From an uncultured Gemmatimonadales bacterium (lineage in GTDB: Bacteria > Gemmatimonadota > Gemmatimonadetes > Longimicrobiales > RSA9): a stretch of DNA of 64,000 nt. Below, in pieces: positions 19,966-30,238 of the stretch. The notes under the pieces were generated by a model, which saw only the letters and a program-made list of their open reading frames with translations, was not told the DNA's origin and searched no databases. The position numbers were made by a program, and so were the translations under genes. The number at the start of each line of letters is the position of its first letter. Positions within the stretch are counted from its first letter, which is position 1. The stretch is taken from assembly GCA_963783305.1 (NCBI GenBank), contig CAWAMW010000013.1:32001-96000 (forward strand), read 5' to 3'.

Positions 19966-20550
19966 ATGGAAGCTGTCGCCGTCGGAGTGATGATCATCGC
20001 CGGACTGGTCCTGCTGCTGGTCCTCGGGCTGGCGGCCGTCGCCGTCGTCCTCTACAACCGCCTCGTAGCTCTGCGGGTGGAGACCGACACGGCCTGGGCG
20101 GATATCGACGTCCAGCTGAAACGCCGCCACGACCTGATCCCGAATCTCGTCGCCACCGCCAAGGGCTACGCGGGCCACGAACGGGAGACGCTCGAGTCGG
20201 TAACGCGCGCCCGCTCGAACGCCGTCGATGCCCGCAACGCACCCCCGCAGGAGCGGGCGGGCGCCGAGAACGTGCTCACCAGCGCCCTCGGCCGGCTCTT
20301 CGCGCTGGCCGAGTCCTACCCGCAGCTGCGGGCGGCGGAGCCGTTCCAGGAGCTACAGCGGGCCCTGAGCGCGGTCGAGGATGCGCTCCAGAACTCGCGC
20401 CGCTACTACAACGCCACGGTCCGCGAGCTGAACACCCGCGTCGCCCAGTTCCCCACCAACATCGTGGCCGGCCTCGCCTCCATCCGGTCGCGTGAGTTCT
20501 TCGAGATCGAGGCGCCCGAGCAGCGGGAGGCCCCGCAGGTGGAGTTCTGA
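19966..20550 (+). CDS. lemA: LemA family protein
   Basis: WADIDVQLKRRHDLIPNLV; ESYPQL; RRYYN. Confidence 0.93.
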   Translation: MEAVAVGVMIIAGLVLLLVLGLAAVAVVLYNRLVALRVETDTAWADIDVQLKRRHDLIPNLVATAKGYAGHERETLESVTRARSNAVDARNAPPQERAGAENVLTSALGRLFALAESYPQLRAAEPFQELQRALSAVEDALQNSRRYYNATVRELNTRVAQFPTNIVAGLASIRSREFFEIEAPEQREAPQVEF

Positions 20551-22536
20551 TGCGCCACGGCTTCCGGACGACAGCCGGAGGCGCCCTGCTGGCCCTGTGG
20601 TCCGCCCTCGGCCTGCTGCTCCTGCCGCAGGGCGCAGCGCCAGCGGCGGCCCAGCGCTCGGTGGTGATCGAGCGGTTCACGGCGGAGATCGAGGTGGAGC
20701 CATCGGGTGACCTCGTGGTGACGGAGACGCTCCGACCGCGGTTCACCGGCCAGTGGAACGGAGTCAGGCGTGTCCTGGACCTGGGCCACACCACCGCCGC
20801 CGGTGAGCGGGAGGTGCTGAAGATTGACGGAGTCTCCGCGACCGACGGGGCGGGCCGGTCGCTCCGGGTGGACGACGAAGCGAACGGCCGGTCTTCGCGG
20901 CAACTGAGCATCTGGGTGCCCGACGCCGCCGATCGCACCGCGGAAGTGGTCCTGCGGTACCGAGTGCGTGGTGCCGTCCGGTTCTTCGCAGGTGACACGG
21001 CGGAGATCGAGGGGCCCAGCGCGGCCGATTACGACGAGCTGTACTGGCAGGTCACGGGCACGGATTGGGACGTCCCGATCGAGGAGGCGAGCGCCCGAGT
21101 CCTTCTCCCGGCAGGCGCGGTGCCCATCCAGGCGGCGGCCTACCGGGGAGCGCCGGACTCCGGCGCGCAGGTGGATGTCCAGCTGGACAGCGCTGCCGAG
21201 GACGCTGGCGGCAGCCCGGTGGCCCCGGGTGCATGGGTTCCTACAAGCGGCGGGAGTGCTGCGGCCGGGTGAGGGACTCACGGTGGCGGTGGCGTGGCCC
21301 TCGGGCCACGTTGCCATGCCCGCGGACCTCCAGCGCGCGCGGCCGGTGCGGTTCGGCACGGACGGATCTGTTGTCGATCCAGCGACGGGTCGGTTCGGCG
21401 GCGCATCGCTCTGGATGCTCCTGCCGCTGCTCCTGCCGATCCTCACCTTCTGGCTCGCCTACCGCGTGTGGGCCCGGCGGGGCCGCGATCCGCGGGAGCG
21501 GGCGATCACCGTTCAATGGGAGCCTCCCGCGGAGCTCGGGCCCGCGGAAGCGGGCACGCTGGTGGACAACAGGCCGGGGATGCACGACATCATCTCGATC
21601 CTGGTCGACCTGGCGGTGCGCGGGTACGTGGTGATCTCGGAGCGGGAGAAGAAGGGCTTCCTGAAGCGCGGGAAGGACTACGCCTTCCACCTGGTGCGCC
21701 CGCGGCAGGACTGGGGAGAGCTCACGCCGTACGAACGGAGCTTCCTCGAGGGCCTCTTCGGCGGCCCGTCCAGAAGCGAGGTGCTGGCCAACCTGGCCGA
21801 GGAGGGGTCATTCCTCGATGGCGTGCTGGAGACCCTCGGCGGCGAAGCCCCTTCCAGCTCTGCGCCCGACGGCACCGTCGAGAGCGTGTTCCTCTCCGAC
21901 CTCCAGAACCGCTTCTACAAGGCCCTGCCCCCGATCCGGGAGGCCCTGCTGGAGGCGCTCGTGCTCAAGGGGCACTACAAGCAGAGGCCGGACCGCGTTC
22001 GCGCTCGCTGGGGAGGGGTGGCCTGGGGCCTTCTCATGGTGTCGATCGCCCTCGTGTTCGCCGCGGTCGCGGCGAGCACGCCTTCCGCCGGCCTGCTGGG
22101 CGCGGCCTGGGTGGCGGGAGTGATGCTGAGCACCGTGGTCGTCGGCGGGTTCGCCTTCATTATGCCTGCCCGGACCGAGCACGGCGCAAGGACCCGTGAG
22201 GCGGCGCTGGGGTTCAAGAGGTTCCTGGAACGGGTCGAGTCCCCACGCTACCGCAGGATGATCGAGTCGCCGGACCAGTTCGAGCGATACCTCCCGTATG
22301 CAGTGGCCTTCCAGTGCGCCGAAAAATGGGCCAAGGCCTTCGAGGACCTGCTGACGGAGTCGCCGGAGTGGTATCAGGGCACCGGCCAGTTCCGTCCCTC
22401 GGTCTTCGCATCCGATCTGGGGACCCTCGCCTCCACCGCCAGCTCCACGCTCGCCTCTTCACCCTCCAGCTCCGGGTCCGGCGGCGGCGGGAGCGTGGGT
22501 GGCGGCAGCGGCGGTGGGGGCGGTGGAGGCTTCTGA
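20550..22536 (+). pseudogene. DUF2207 membrane protein split by a +1 frameshift near 21240 (possibly a sequencing error)
   Basis: N-part DELYWQVTGTDW in frame 20550; GEGLTVAVAWP, LPYAVAF and the Gly-rich tail in frame 20968; typical partner of lemA. Confidence 0.75.
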
Positions 22537-22580
22537 GCGATGCTTGCTTCGACCCGTCGAAACAATGTAGGAGGTTCAGC

Positions 22581-23009
22581 ATGAACGAGGAGATCCTGCG
22601 GCCCGCCGAGGCCGCCGACATCGATCCGGCATACGGCGAGTTCCTCAACCTGTTCAACCGGTCGCAGTTCTGGGACAGCCACGAGGCCCTCGAGGACGCG
22701 TGGCGCCGGACGGGCAGCGAGTTCTACCACGCGCTCATCCTGTACGCAAGCGCGTTCGTCCACGTCCACCGCGGGAATCGCCACGGGATCGCGGCGCAGC
22801 TCGGCAAGGCTCAGCCGCTCCTCGAGCCACGATGCCCCCACTACCTCGGGCTGAACGTGAACGCCATGCTCGAGCACGCGCTCATCTGCCGCCATATCGT
22901 GGCGGAAAACCGCGAAGCTCCCAGCGAGGCTTGGACCCTTCTCATCCCCACCCCACAGCTCCGCTTCCACCCCGACCACGTGCGCGGGGACGAGCCCGAA
23001 CTGGGCTGA
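22581..23009 (+). CDS. DUF309 protein
   Basis: FNRSQFWDSHEALEDAW; RBS AGGAGG. Confidence 0.8.
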   Translation: MNEEILRPAEAADIDPAYGEFLNLFNRSQFWDSHEALEDAWRRTGSEFYHALILYASAFVHVHRGNRHGIAAQLGKAQPLLEPRCPHYLGLNVNAMLEHALICRHIVAENREAPSEAWTLLIPTPQLRFHPDHVRGDEPELG

Positions 23010-23046
23010 CGCGTCGCCGCGACCGGGCGACCGTGCCAGAAGTTCC

Positions 23047-23093
23047 TTGACAGTCGCCGGCCGCCGCCATAGTGTGTTGGTATGCTGACACAC
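23047..23093 (+). promoter_or_regulatory. sigma70 promoter with overlapping YtrA-type operator
   Basis: TTGACA-N17-TAGTGT; inverted repeat GTGTGT-N10-ACACAC at 23072-23093. Confidence 0.65.
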
Positions 23094-23113
23094 CCACACA
23101 GACGAGGCGCTCC

Positions 23114-23524
23114 GTGCTGATCACCATCGAGGGAGGGGATCCGCGGCCGATCTACGTCCAGATCATGGATGAGATCAAGAGGGCGGTGGTCCTGGGGACC
23201 GTTGGCCCCGATGATCCGCTCCCGTCGGTCCGCCAGCTGGCGGGTGAGCTCCGGGTCAACCCGAACACGGTTCAGCAGGCGTACCGCGAGCTGGAGCGCA
23301 CCGGGCTGGTGTACGTCCGTCGGGGGCAGGGAACGTTCGTGTCTGAGGAGGCGGCTGTGCAGACTGACCGCGAGCGAAGCGATCTGGCGAGAATGGTGGC
23401 GGAGCGGGCGATACGGGAGGCGTATCGGAACGGCGTGAGCCCTGGGGAGCTGGTTGCGGCGATCCAGGCCGTGGAGAGTGGGGGTCTCTCGGGATCCGCG
23501 AGCGTGCACGGGGGTCGTCCATGA
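23114..23524 (+). CDS. GntR-family regulator, YtrA subfamily
   Basis: PIYVQI, LPSVRQLA..LRVNPNTVQQAYRELE, RRGQGTFV. Confidence 0.9.
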   Translation: MLITIEGGDPRPIYVQIMDEIKRAVVLGTVGPDDPLPSVRQLAGELRVNPNTVQQAYRELERTGLVYVRRGQGTFVSEEAAVQTDRERSDLARMVAERAIREAYRNGVSPGELVAAIQAVESGGLSGSASVHGGRP

Positions 23525-24498
23525 GTGGCGGCGTGGGTGACGGCGGCGGCCAGTGGGCGGTGGTCACGCGGAGTCTGGTGAAGAAGTTCGGCCGTCGTGT
23601 AGCGCTGGACGGGATGGATCTGAGGGTGCCGGTCGGCTCGGTATACGTGCTGGTGGGCCCGAACGGAGCGGGCAAGACGACGGCGTTGCGGGTCCTCCTG
23701 GACCTGGTCCGCGCGGATTCCGGTGAGGCGAGTGTGCTGGGCCATTCATCCGTGGCTGAGGGGGCGCGGGTCCGCTCGCTGTGCGGGTATCTGCCAGAGC
23801 GCTCCGATGCGGGCTACGGCTGGATGAAGGTGCAGGATCTCCTGGCGTACCACGCCTCGTACCGCAGTGGCTGGGACGCGGGGTACGCCCGGTCGCTCAT
23901 GGAGCGTCTGGAGGTGCGGGACCACACGAAGTTCGGGAAGCTCTCGAAGGGGGAGGCGCGGCGAGTGCAGCTGGTCATGACGCTGGCGCACCGTCCGCCG
24001 CTGCTGCTGCTGGACGAGCTCACGGACGGGCTGGACCCGGTGATGCGAGGTGAGGCGCTGGCGCTGCTCTCCGACCACATCGCGGAGACGGAGACCACGG
24101 CGGTGATCTCGACCCACCTCGTCTATGAGGTGGAGGGGCTCGGTGACCACATTGGTGTCCTGCGGGACGGGAAGCTGACGGCCCAGCTGGACCGGGACGC
24201 GCTGCGGTCGCGCCTCAGGCGATACACGCTGGAGGTACCGGAGGGGTGGAGGGGCCCGGAGGCTCTCATCGACCGGATCGTGCGTCGGAGCGGCGGCGGG
24301 CGTGAGGTGGCGTGGACGATCTGGGGGGAACAGTCGGAGGTCGTAGAGCGGCTCAGCGATGGAGGCGGAACGGTACGCGAGGTGGATCCCTTGACGCTCG
24401 AGGAGGCGGCGGTGGCGCTCATGGCCATGCGGGGCACCCAGGATGACCTGACCGGGGAGCTGAACCCGTCCCTGCCGGCCCATGCGGTGGGGAGCTAG
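23521..24498 (+). CDS. ABC transporter ATP-binding protein (YtrB-like)
   Basis: GPNGAGKT, LSKGE, LLLLDE, STH. Confidence 0.9.
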   Translation: MSGGVGDGGGQWAVVTRSLVKKFGRRVALDGMDLRVPVGSVYVLVGPNGAGKTTALRVLLDLVRADSGEASVLGHSSVAEGARVRSLCGYLPERSDAGYGWMKVQDLLAYHASYRSGWDAGYARSLMERLEVRDHTKFGKLSKGEARRVQLVMTLAHRPPLLLLDELTDGLDPVMRGEALALLSDHIAETETTAVISTHLVYEVEGLGDHIGVLRDGKLTAQLDRDALRSRLRRYTLEVPEGWRGPEALIDRIVRRSGGGREVAWTIWGEQSEVVERLSDGGGTVREVDPLTLEEAAVALMAMRGTQDDLTGELNPSLPAHAVGS

Positions 24499-24500
24499 CG

Positions 24501-25355
24501 ATGGAGGCAGCGATGGAAACGACCGTGACGCACCCGGTGCGCGAGCCGGTGGACTTCGGAGCCGCGTTCGCTCGCCAGTTCAAGCTGCTGTGGACGAGCC
24601 GTCGGCCGCTGCTGCTGGCGCTGGCGCTGCTCGCCCTTCTTGGACTGGCGGGGGAGCCCTGGACGGATAATCTGAAAGCGCGCCTGTTCACGGTCTGGCC
24701 GCTCTGGCTGGTCCTGGTCGGCCCCGTATGGGCGTTCGCGGTATTCCACAACGAGGGGCCGAGCAGCCGGCTCTACTTCTGGTCGATGCCGGTGGGGCGG
24801 ACCCGCCACACGCTCGCCCGTCTCGCGGCCGGGCTGGCCTGGCTGTGGATCCTGTACGGTGTTCTCATTGGGGCCGGGGTGATACTGGCCTCCCTCGACG
24901 GGGATCTCTGGCAGCTCGGGATGATCACGGCCGCCGGCTGGATCAACTTCTTCACCGGCCCGCTCCTGGGCTACCTGGCAATCTCGGTCCTGACGATCGC
25001 CACCGACTATCCGCTCCGCTGGGTCTTCGGAATCCTCTTCCTCTTCCCGCTGACGGTGAGCATCCTGGATGACTGGCTGGGGCTCGAGTCCCTGGCGAAC
25101 GCGCTGGTCAAGCCGTTCACCAGTGAGGACTGGGGCCTCCTGCCGGTGGTAACTGGAGGACTCGGCGAGTCGATCCTCGAGCTGGACAAGACGCTGGCGC
25201 GGATGGCGGACCCGGAAGCGATCGTGCGTGGACAGTTCGAAGTGGCCTACTGGGCGCCGGCTACGGCGGCCTGGATCGCGCTGCTCCTGGGAGTCGTATT
25301 CTACGCGGCTTCGCGCCACCCGGACCGGCTGCCACGGCTCCGCCGCTTCGGCTGA
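24501..25355 (+). CDS. putative ABC permease
   Basis: about 6 TM helices; SMPVGR motif; follows the ABC ATPase. Confidence 0.65.
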   Translation: MEAAMETTVTHPVREPVDFGAAFARQFKLLWTSRRPLLLALALLALLGLAGEPWTDNLKARLFTVWPLWLVLVGPVWAFAVFHNEGPSSRLYFWSMPVGRTRHTLARLAAGLAWLWILYGVLIGAGVILASLDGDLWQLGMITAAGWINFFTGPLLGYLAISVLTIATDYPLRWVFGILFLFPLTVSILDDWLGLESLANALVKPFTSEDWGLLPVVTGGLGESILELDKTLARMADPEAIVRGQFEVAYWAPATAAWIALLLGVVFYAASRHPDRLPRLRRFG

Positions 25356-25552
25356 GCCACCCCGGCCGAGCCGCCATTTCCGGAGCTCGATGGGGCGTAG
25401 CGGCTGCCGCTCCCGGCAGCGCGGTCCCTGCCCTGCTCTCCCAGAAGACTTGACATTCCGCATCGGGTGACGGCAGCTTACCTGCCGTGGCTCATGTACT
25501 TGAGGCCACTCGATCCCACGAAGACAATCCCATCGAACTCGACGCAGGGAGT

Positions 25553-26299
25553 ATGAGGGTCCTGCTACGCATCACAGCGACAGCGGCGCTAGGATTTGCG
25601 ATCGCACTCCCGCAGGCGGCGGAGAGCCAGAGCCTCAGGGGTTCACCGTCATCCGTGGCACGGCAGTACCACGTGGCGCAGGAGCACGATTTTACGTTCC
25701 TGCCGAGCTCCAACCGGATCCACGGCTTCGTGGCGAACGGCTATCTCGTGCGCGTGCCGGGGAACGCCCACTACACGCTTGCCAACGTCTCCTACCCCTA
25801 CGCCCGGCCGGAGGTGAAGCTGTTCATCGAGCGGCTCGCGGCGCAGTACCGCGCGGCGTGTAACGAGCGGCTGGTCGTGACCAGCCTCACACGGCCCCTT
25901 TCCGAGCAGCCACGCAACGCGTCGCAGCGATCCGTCCATCCCACGGGCATGGCGGTGGACATCCGGGTGAGCAACCAGCGCACCTGCCGGAGCTGGATCG
26001 AGCAGACGCTCCTGTCGCTGGAGCGACAGCGGGTCGCGGAGGCCACGCGCGAGCGTTGGCCCCCGCACTACCACGTCGCGGTGTTCCCGCAGCCGTACGC
26101 CCGGTATGTGGCTGCGTTGAGCGACCGGTCGCTCCCACAGCCGGCGAAAGCCATGCACTACGAGGTGCGACGGGGTGACAGCCTCTGGAGCATCGCCCGC
26201 AACTACGGCATCGACGTGGACTCACTGAAGGAGACGAACCACCTGTCCGACAATCAGATCTACGCCGGGCAGACGCTCCAAATCCCGCCGACCCCGTGA
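25553..26299 (+). CDS. DUF5715 (M15-like peptidase fold) plus LysM secreted protein
   Basis: signal peptide; SVHPTGMAVD and PPHYH; LysM YEVRRGDSLWSIARNYG. Confidence 0.85.
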   Translation: MRVLLRITATAALGFAIALPQAAESQSLRGSPSSVARQYHVAQEHDFTFLPSSNRIHGFVANGYLVRVPGNAHYTLANVSYPYARPEVKLFIERLAAQYRAACNERLVVTSLTRPLSEQPRNASQRSVHPTGMAVDIRVSNQRTCRSWIEQTLLSLERQRVAEATRERWPPHYHVAVFPQPYARYVAALSDRSLPQPAKAMHYEVRRGDSLWSIARNYGIDVDSLKETNHLSDNQIYAGQTLQIPPTP

Positions 26300-27117
26300 C
26301 CGACCGCCGGGACGCCCCTCGTGGCGTCATCGGCATGGTGCACCTCCTCCCCCTGCCTGGCGCCCCGCGCTGGAATGGTGACCTGGACACCGTCCTCCAC
26401 CGGGCCGTTGCCGACGCCCGCACCCTGAGCGATGGCGGTGTGGACGCGATCCTCGTGGAGAACTTCGGCGACACACCGTTCCTTCCCGGGGTCGTGGAGC
26501 CGGTGACGGTGGCAGCGATGACACGAGCGGTCGCCGCCGTTCGAGCCGCGCTGGACCGGCCCGTAGGGGTGAACGTCCTCCGGAACGACGCCGCGGCGGC
26601 GCTCGCAGTGGCCGCGGCAACGGGTGCCACGTTCATCCGCGTGAACGTCCATACGGGCGGCATGTTCACTGATCAGGGGTGGATCCAGGGGAAAGCCTCG
26701 GAGACCCTCCGGCTGCGCGCGAGAATCGCCCCGGACGTGGCGATCCTAGCGGACGTCCTGGTGAAGCACGCCACCCCTCCCGCGGGAGCGAACCTCCGCG
26801 ACGCTGCCAGAGACACCTGGGAGCGCGGCCTGGCGGACGCCCTGATCGTCTCGGGAGCAGCCACGGGCGAGGCGACGGATCTCGAGCGGGTCCGGGAGGT
26901 CCGCGAAGCGGTGCCGGAGGCCGTGGTGCTGGTGGGGAGCGGTGTGACGGCGGAGACCGCCGAGGCCACGCTGGCGCACGCCCATGGCGTCATCGTCGGA
27001 AGCGCACTCCAGGAGGGAGGGCTGGCCGGGCGCGCCGTGAAGATCGAGCGCGTGCGCCGGCTGGTGTCCGCCGCGGCCGGTCCGGCGTCAGGCGGCGCCG
27101 CCCCCGGTCGAGTCTAG
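26296..27117 (+). CDS. BtpA/SgcQ family protein
   Basis: GMVHLLPLPGAP, ENFGDTPF, VLVKHA. Confidence 0.9.
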   Translation: MTDRRDAPRGVIGMVHLLPLPGAPRWNGDLDTVLHRAVADARTLSDGGVDAILVENFGDTPFLPGVVEPVTVAAMTRAVAAVRAALDRPVGVNVLRNDAAAALAVAAATGATFIRVNVHTGGMFTDQGWIQGKASETLRLRARIAPDVAILADVLVKHATPPAGANLRDAARDTWERGLADALIVSGAATGEATDLERVREVREAVPEAVVLVGSGVTAETAEATLAHAHGVIVGSALQEGGLAGRAVKIERVRRLVSAAAGPASGGAAPGRV

Positions 27118-27134
27118 CAGGTCGCTCAAAGGGG

Positions 27135-27221
27135 AGGCAGGAAGCGAACGGTCGCCTCGCGCGAAGCGCGGGCGATCGACCCCCCGCGCCAGCGGGTCCC
27201 GAAGGGATCGACCTTCGACCC
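27135..27221 (-). repeat. dispersed intergenic repeat, copy A
   Basis: minus strand GGTCGAAGGTCGATCCCTTCGGGACCCGCTGGCGCGGGGGGTCGATCGCCCGCG; matches 38931 and 46323. Confidence 0.8.
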
Positions 27222-27265
27222 GCCCCCCCCCGCTCCCCCGTCTTCCGCAGCCTGCCAGGGGCGCG

Positions 27266-27556
27266 TCAGCGCACGTGCCGCTGCTGGTCCTCCGGCTGGT
27301 ACGGCAGCTGGTTCAGGTAGTGCTGCGCCTCCAGATCGATGCGGGAGGTCCGCAGCTGGTCCGTCGCGACGGTGACCTCCGTCTCGAGACCATGCGAATG
27401 GGCGGACACCGTCATGGTGCCATCGCCGCCCTCCAGTGTGACGGAGTGGCCCTCCTGGGCGGTAACCTCCAGCGGGATCCGATCGGGCATGTACTCGGCG
27501 GCCAGCAGGACGGCCTCCCGGCCCCCCATCGCCGTAAGTCTCTGGTATGACGCCAT
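27266..27556 (-). CDS. small hypothetical protein
   Basis: RBS GGAGG before ATG 27556; globular-looking 96 aa. Confidence 0.6.
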   Translation of the reverse strand: MASYQRLTAMGGREAVLLAAEYMPDRIPLEVTAQEGHSVTLEGGDGTMTVSAHSHGLETEVTVATDQLRTSRIDLEAQHYLNQLPYQPEDQQRHVR

Positions 27557-27645
27557 CTTGTATCCTCCACCTGTTTCCAGTTTCTGTCTTCGTCCAGACC
27601 GTACCATTGCTGAAGGAGAACGATATCGGCGCCCTCCGGCAAGAG

Positions 27646-28218
27646 TCAGCGGTTCTCGTTGATCCACTCCACCAGCTCGCCGACCGGAAAGAGCCCCACC
27701 GCCACAATGTCCCGCACCTGCACCGCGGGCACACCGGTCAGCCCGGCCGCCGCCGCGGCCGCCTGCTCCCGGATCACTTCGGGCTCGAAGTCATCGAGGC
27801 CGAGAGCGACGTGCATGGCCTCCCGATCCAGACCCGCCGCTCCACCGATGTCCGCCAGAACGTCCAGGCGGGAAATGTCCCGCCCCTCCTCCCAGAGCGC
27901 CCGGTAGATCCCGTGCAGCACGCGCTCCTCGGCCCCGTGGGCGCGTGCATGTGCGACGGCTTCGTGGGCCTTTCGCGTCCTGGGGACCCGCTCGAGCGAG
28001 CCCATCGCCAGCCCCCAATCGTCCGCCGCGGCTCGCGCGGTCGCCATCTCGTCGCCCAGGAGATCGCGGGGGTCGGGCAGCGGTGTCGGGGCGGGGCAGA
28101 GCTCGAAGGGCACCGCCCTCAACGAGAGCCCCGTCTGCCGCGCGGCCTCCTCCGCGATCTGCGCGGCGAGGCGGCAGTACGGGCTGGTGAAGTCGTGGTA
28201 CAGGAGCATTCGATCCAT
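27646..28218 (-). CDS. DsbA/FrnE-family thioredoxin-fold protein
   Basis: YHDFTSPYC (SxxC); LTGVPA cis-Pro loop. Confidence 0.8.
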   Translation of the reverse strand: MDRMLLYHDFTSPYCRLAAQIAEEAARQTGLSLRAVPFELCPAPTPLPDPRDLLGDEMATARAAADDWGLAMGSLERVPRTRKAHEAVAHARAHGAEERVLHGIYRALWEEGRDISRLDVLADIGGAAGLDREAMHVALGLDDFEPEVIREQAAAAAAGLTGVPAVQVRDIVAVGLFPVGELVEWINENR

Positions 28219-28310
28219 GGCGTGGGCAATCTAGCCGCGAAGCCCCGTCGCTTGCCACCGCCTCCACCCTGCCGCCATCTTGGCGGGACTCGAACCACAC
28301 CGAAAGCTTC

Positions 28311-29537
28311 ATGAATTCCAGCCAGACCCCGGGCTCGGCACCCGCAGACGCGATCCAGTTCAGCGACAACGTCAGCCGGTTGCAGCCATCGTCGACCATC
28401 GCCGTCTCCTCCCTTGCCAAGGAGCTACGGGCGCAGGGGCGCGACATCGTCAACCTGAGCGCCGGTGAGCCCGATTTCCCCACACCGCCATTCATCGCCG
28501 GCGCGGGGATCCGAGCGATCCAGGAGGGGCAGACGCGGTACACGCCGGCGCCGGGGATGCCGCGCCTGCGACAGGCGATCGCCGAGTCGCTCTCCGCCGC
28601 CCACGGCGGTGTGCCCACCGATCCCGGCGGTGTGGTGGTGTCGGCGGGGGCGAAGCAGGCGCTGTTCAACGCCCTCTTCGTCCTCGTGGGCCCGGGTGAC
28701 CGTGTCCTGGTGCCGGTGCCCTACTGGACGAGCTATCCGGAGATCGTCCAGCTGGCGCGGGCGGAGCCGGTACCGGTGCATGGCCCCTCCGAGCGCGGAT
28801 ACCGGGTCGGACCGGAGGAGCTCGACGCGGCGTGGGACGAGAGTGTGCGAGCGCTGATCCTCAACTCGCCGTCGAACCCGTCCGGAGCGGTGTACCGGCT
28901 GGAGGAGATCGAGGCGATCGCCGACTGGGCCCGCGAGCGGAACGTCTGGCTGATCAGCGACGAGATCTACGGCCGCCTCTGCTACCTGGAGGGACGGGCC
29001 CCGGGTCTCCTCGATGTCGGAGGGGACCCCCTGGAGTGGGGAGTGGTGATCGACGGCGCCTCGAAGGCGTACGCCATGACCGGCTGGCGGATCGGATACT
29101 CGTACAGCCGCCCGGATCTGGCGTCGAAGATCTCGGCGCTGCAGAGCCACATGACATCGAATGCGGCCACGCCATCACAGCACGCGGCGCTCGCTGCGTT
29201 CACCGCCACCGCCGACCAGGAGCGGGAGCTGCTCGGAATGGCCCTGGAGTTCGAGAAGCGCAGGGACCTCGTTCTGGAGCTGCTGGAGCGGCACCTCCCG
29301 GGCACCGACTTCGTGTCGCCCGAGGGCGCCTTCTACCTCTTCTTCCGGGTGGACCGCTGGTTCGATGAGCGGCGTTCCGACTCCGCGGCGCTGTGCAAAT
29401 GGCTGATCGAAGAGGCGGAGGTGGCGCTCGTCCCGGGCTCCGCGTTTGGTGACGATCGCTACGTCCGGCTCTCCTTCGCCGCCTCGGCCGCGGAGCTCGA
29501 AAAGGCCTTTGATCGTCTCGGAAGGGCGCTGGGATGA
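28311..29537 (+). CDS. class I/II PLP aminotransferase (aspartate aminotransferase-like)
   Basis: AGEPDF, NSPSNPSG, SDEIY, SKAYAMTGWRIG. Confidence 0.92.
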   Translation: MNSSQTPGSAPADAIQFSDNVSRLQPSSTIAVSSLAKELRAQGRDIVNLSAGEPDFPTPPFIAGAGIRAIQEGQTRYTPAPGMPRLRQAIAESLSAAHGGVPTDPGGVVVSAGAKQALFNALFVLVGPGDRVLVPVPYWTSYPEIVQLARAEPVPVHGPSERGYRVGPEELDAAWDESVRALILNSPSNPSGAVYRLEEIEAIADWARERNVWLISDEIYGRLCYLEGRAPGLLDVGGDPLEWGVVIDGASKAYAMTGWRIGYSYSRPDLASKISALQSHMTSNAATPSQHAALAAFTATADQERELLGMALEFEKRRDLVLELLERHLPGTDFVSPEGAFYLFFRVDRWFDERRSDSAALCKWLIEEAEVALVPGSAFGDDRYVRLSFAASAAELEKAFDRLGRALG

Positions 29538-30238
29538 TGGGCGAGGACAACGATCGGTCCGTTCTGCTCTCCGGCTATGTCCAGCAGCTGTTCGCCGGCG
29601 AGGACGAGGTCCTGGAAGAGCTCAGGTGCGAGATCGCGCGCCGGGAGCTGCCGGAGATCTACATCTCCGCCGAGGTGGGTCGGCTGCTGCAGGTCCTGCT
29701 GGCGTCGGTCGGGGCCCGCCGCGTCCTGGAGGTCGGCACGCTCGGCGGGTACAGCGCCATCTGGATGGCGCGGGCGCTGCCGGCGGACGGTCGCCTGCTC
29801 AGCGTGGAGGTGGACCCGGAGAGGGCGGGATTCGCCCGGGAGTTCGTGACGCGGGCGGGTCTGGCTGGGGTGATCGAGGTGCGTGAAGGCGATGCCCGCG
29901 AGGTGTTGAAGGAGCTCGCGGCGGGTTCGGAAGCGCCGTTCGACGCGGTGTTCATCGATGCCGACAAGGAGTCGTACGTGGACTACCTCGAGCGTGCACT
30001 CGAGCTGGTCCGGCCCGGGGGTCTGATCATCGCTGACAACGCCTTCCGCGATGGGCGCGTGCTCCATGAGGCGGCCGACGAAGCCACCCGGGGGGTCCAG
30101 CGCTACAACGAACGGATCGCCAGCCACCCTCGACTGGTCTCCACCATCATCCCCATCCGTGATGGTGTGGCCGTATCCGTGGTGGGCGCGCTTCAGACTC
30201 CGGCATCCGAGAGCGCGCTCCGCGTCCGGCCGACGTAG
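29534..30238 (+). CDS. class I SAM-dependent O-methyltransferase
   Basis: LEVGTLGGYS, FIDADK, IIADN. Confidence 0.9.
   Translation: MMGEDNDRSVLLSGYVQQLFAGEDEVLEELRCEIARRELPEIYISAEVGRLLQVLLASVGARRVLEVGTLGGYSAIWMARALPADGRLLSVEVDPERAGFAREFVTRAGLAGVIEVREGDAREVLKELAAGSEAPFDAVFIDADKESYVDYLERALELVRPGGLIIADNAFRDGRVLHEAADEATRGVQRYNERIASHPRLVSTIIPIRDGVAVSVVGALQTPASESALRVRPT

Noticed and set aside
21270..21272. TGA as possible selenocysteine or readthrough in DUF2207
   Set aside because: Homology continues in a different frame, not past the TGA.
25440..25552. Possible c-di-AMP riboswitch before the LysM gene
   Set aside because: Only short hairpins; conserved ydaO motifs not seen.
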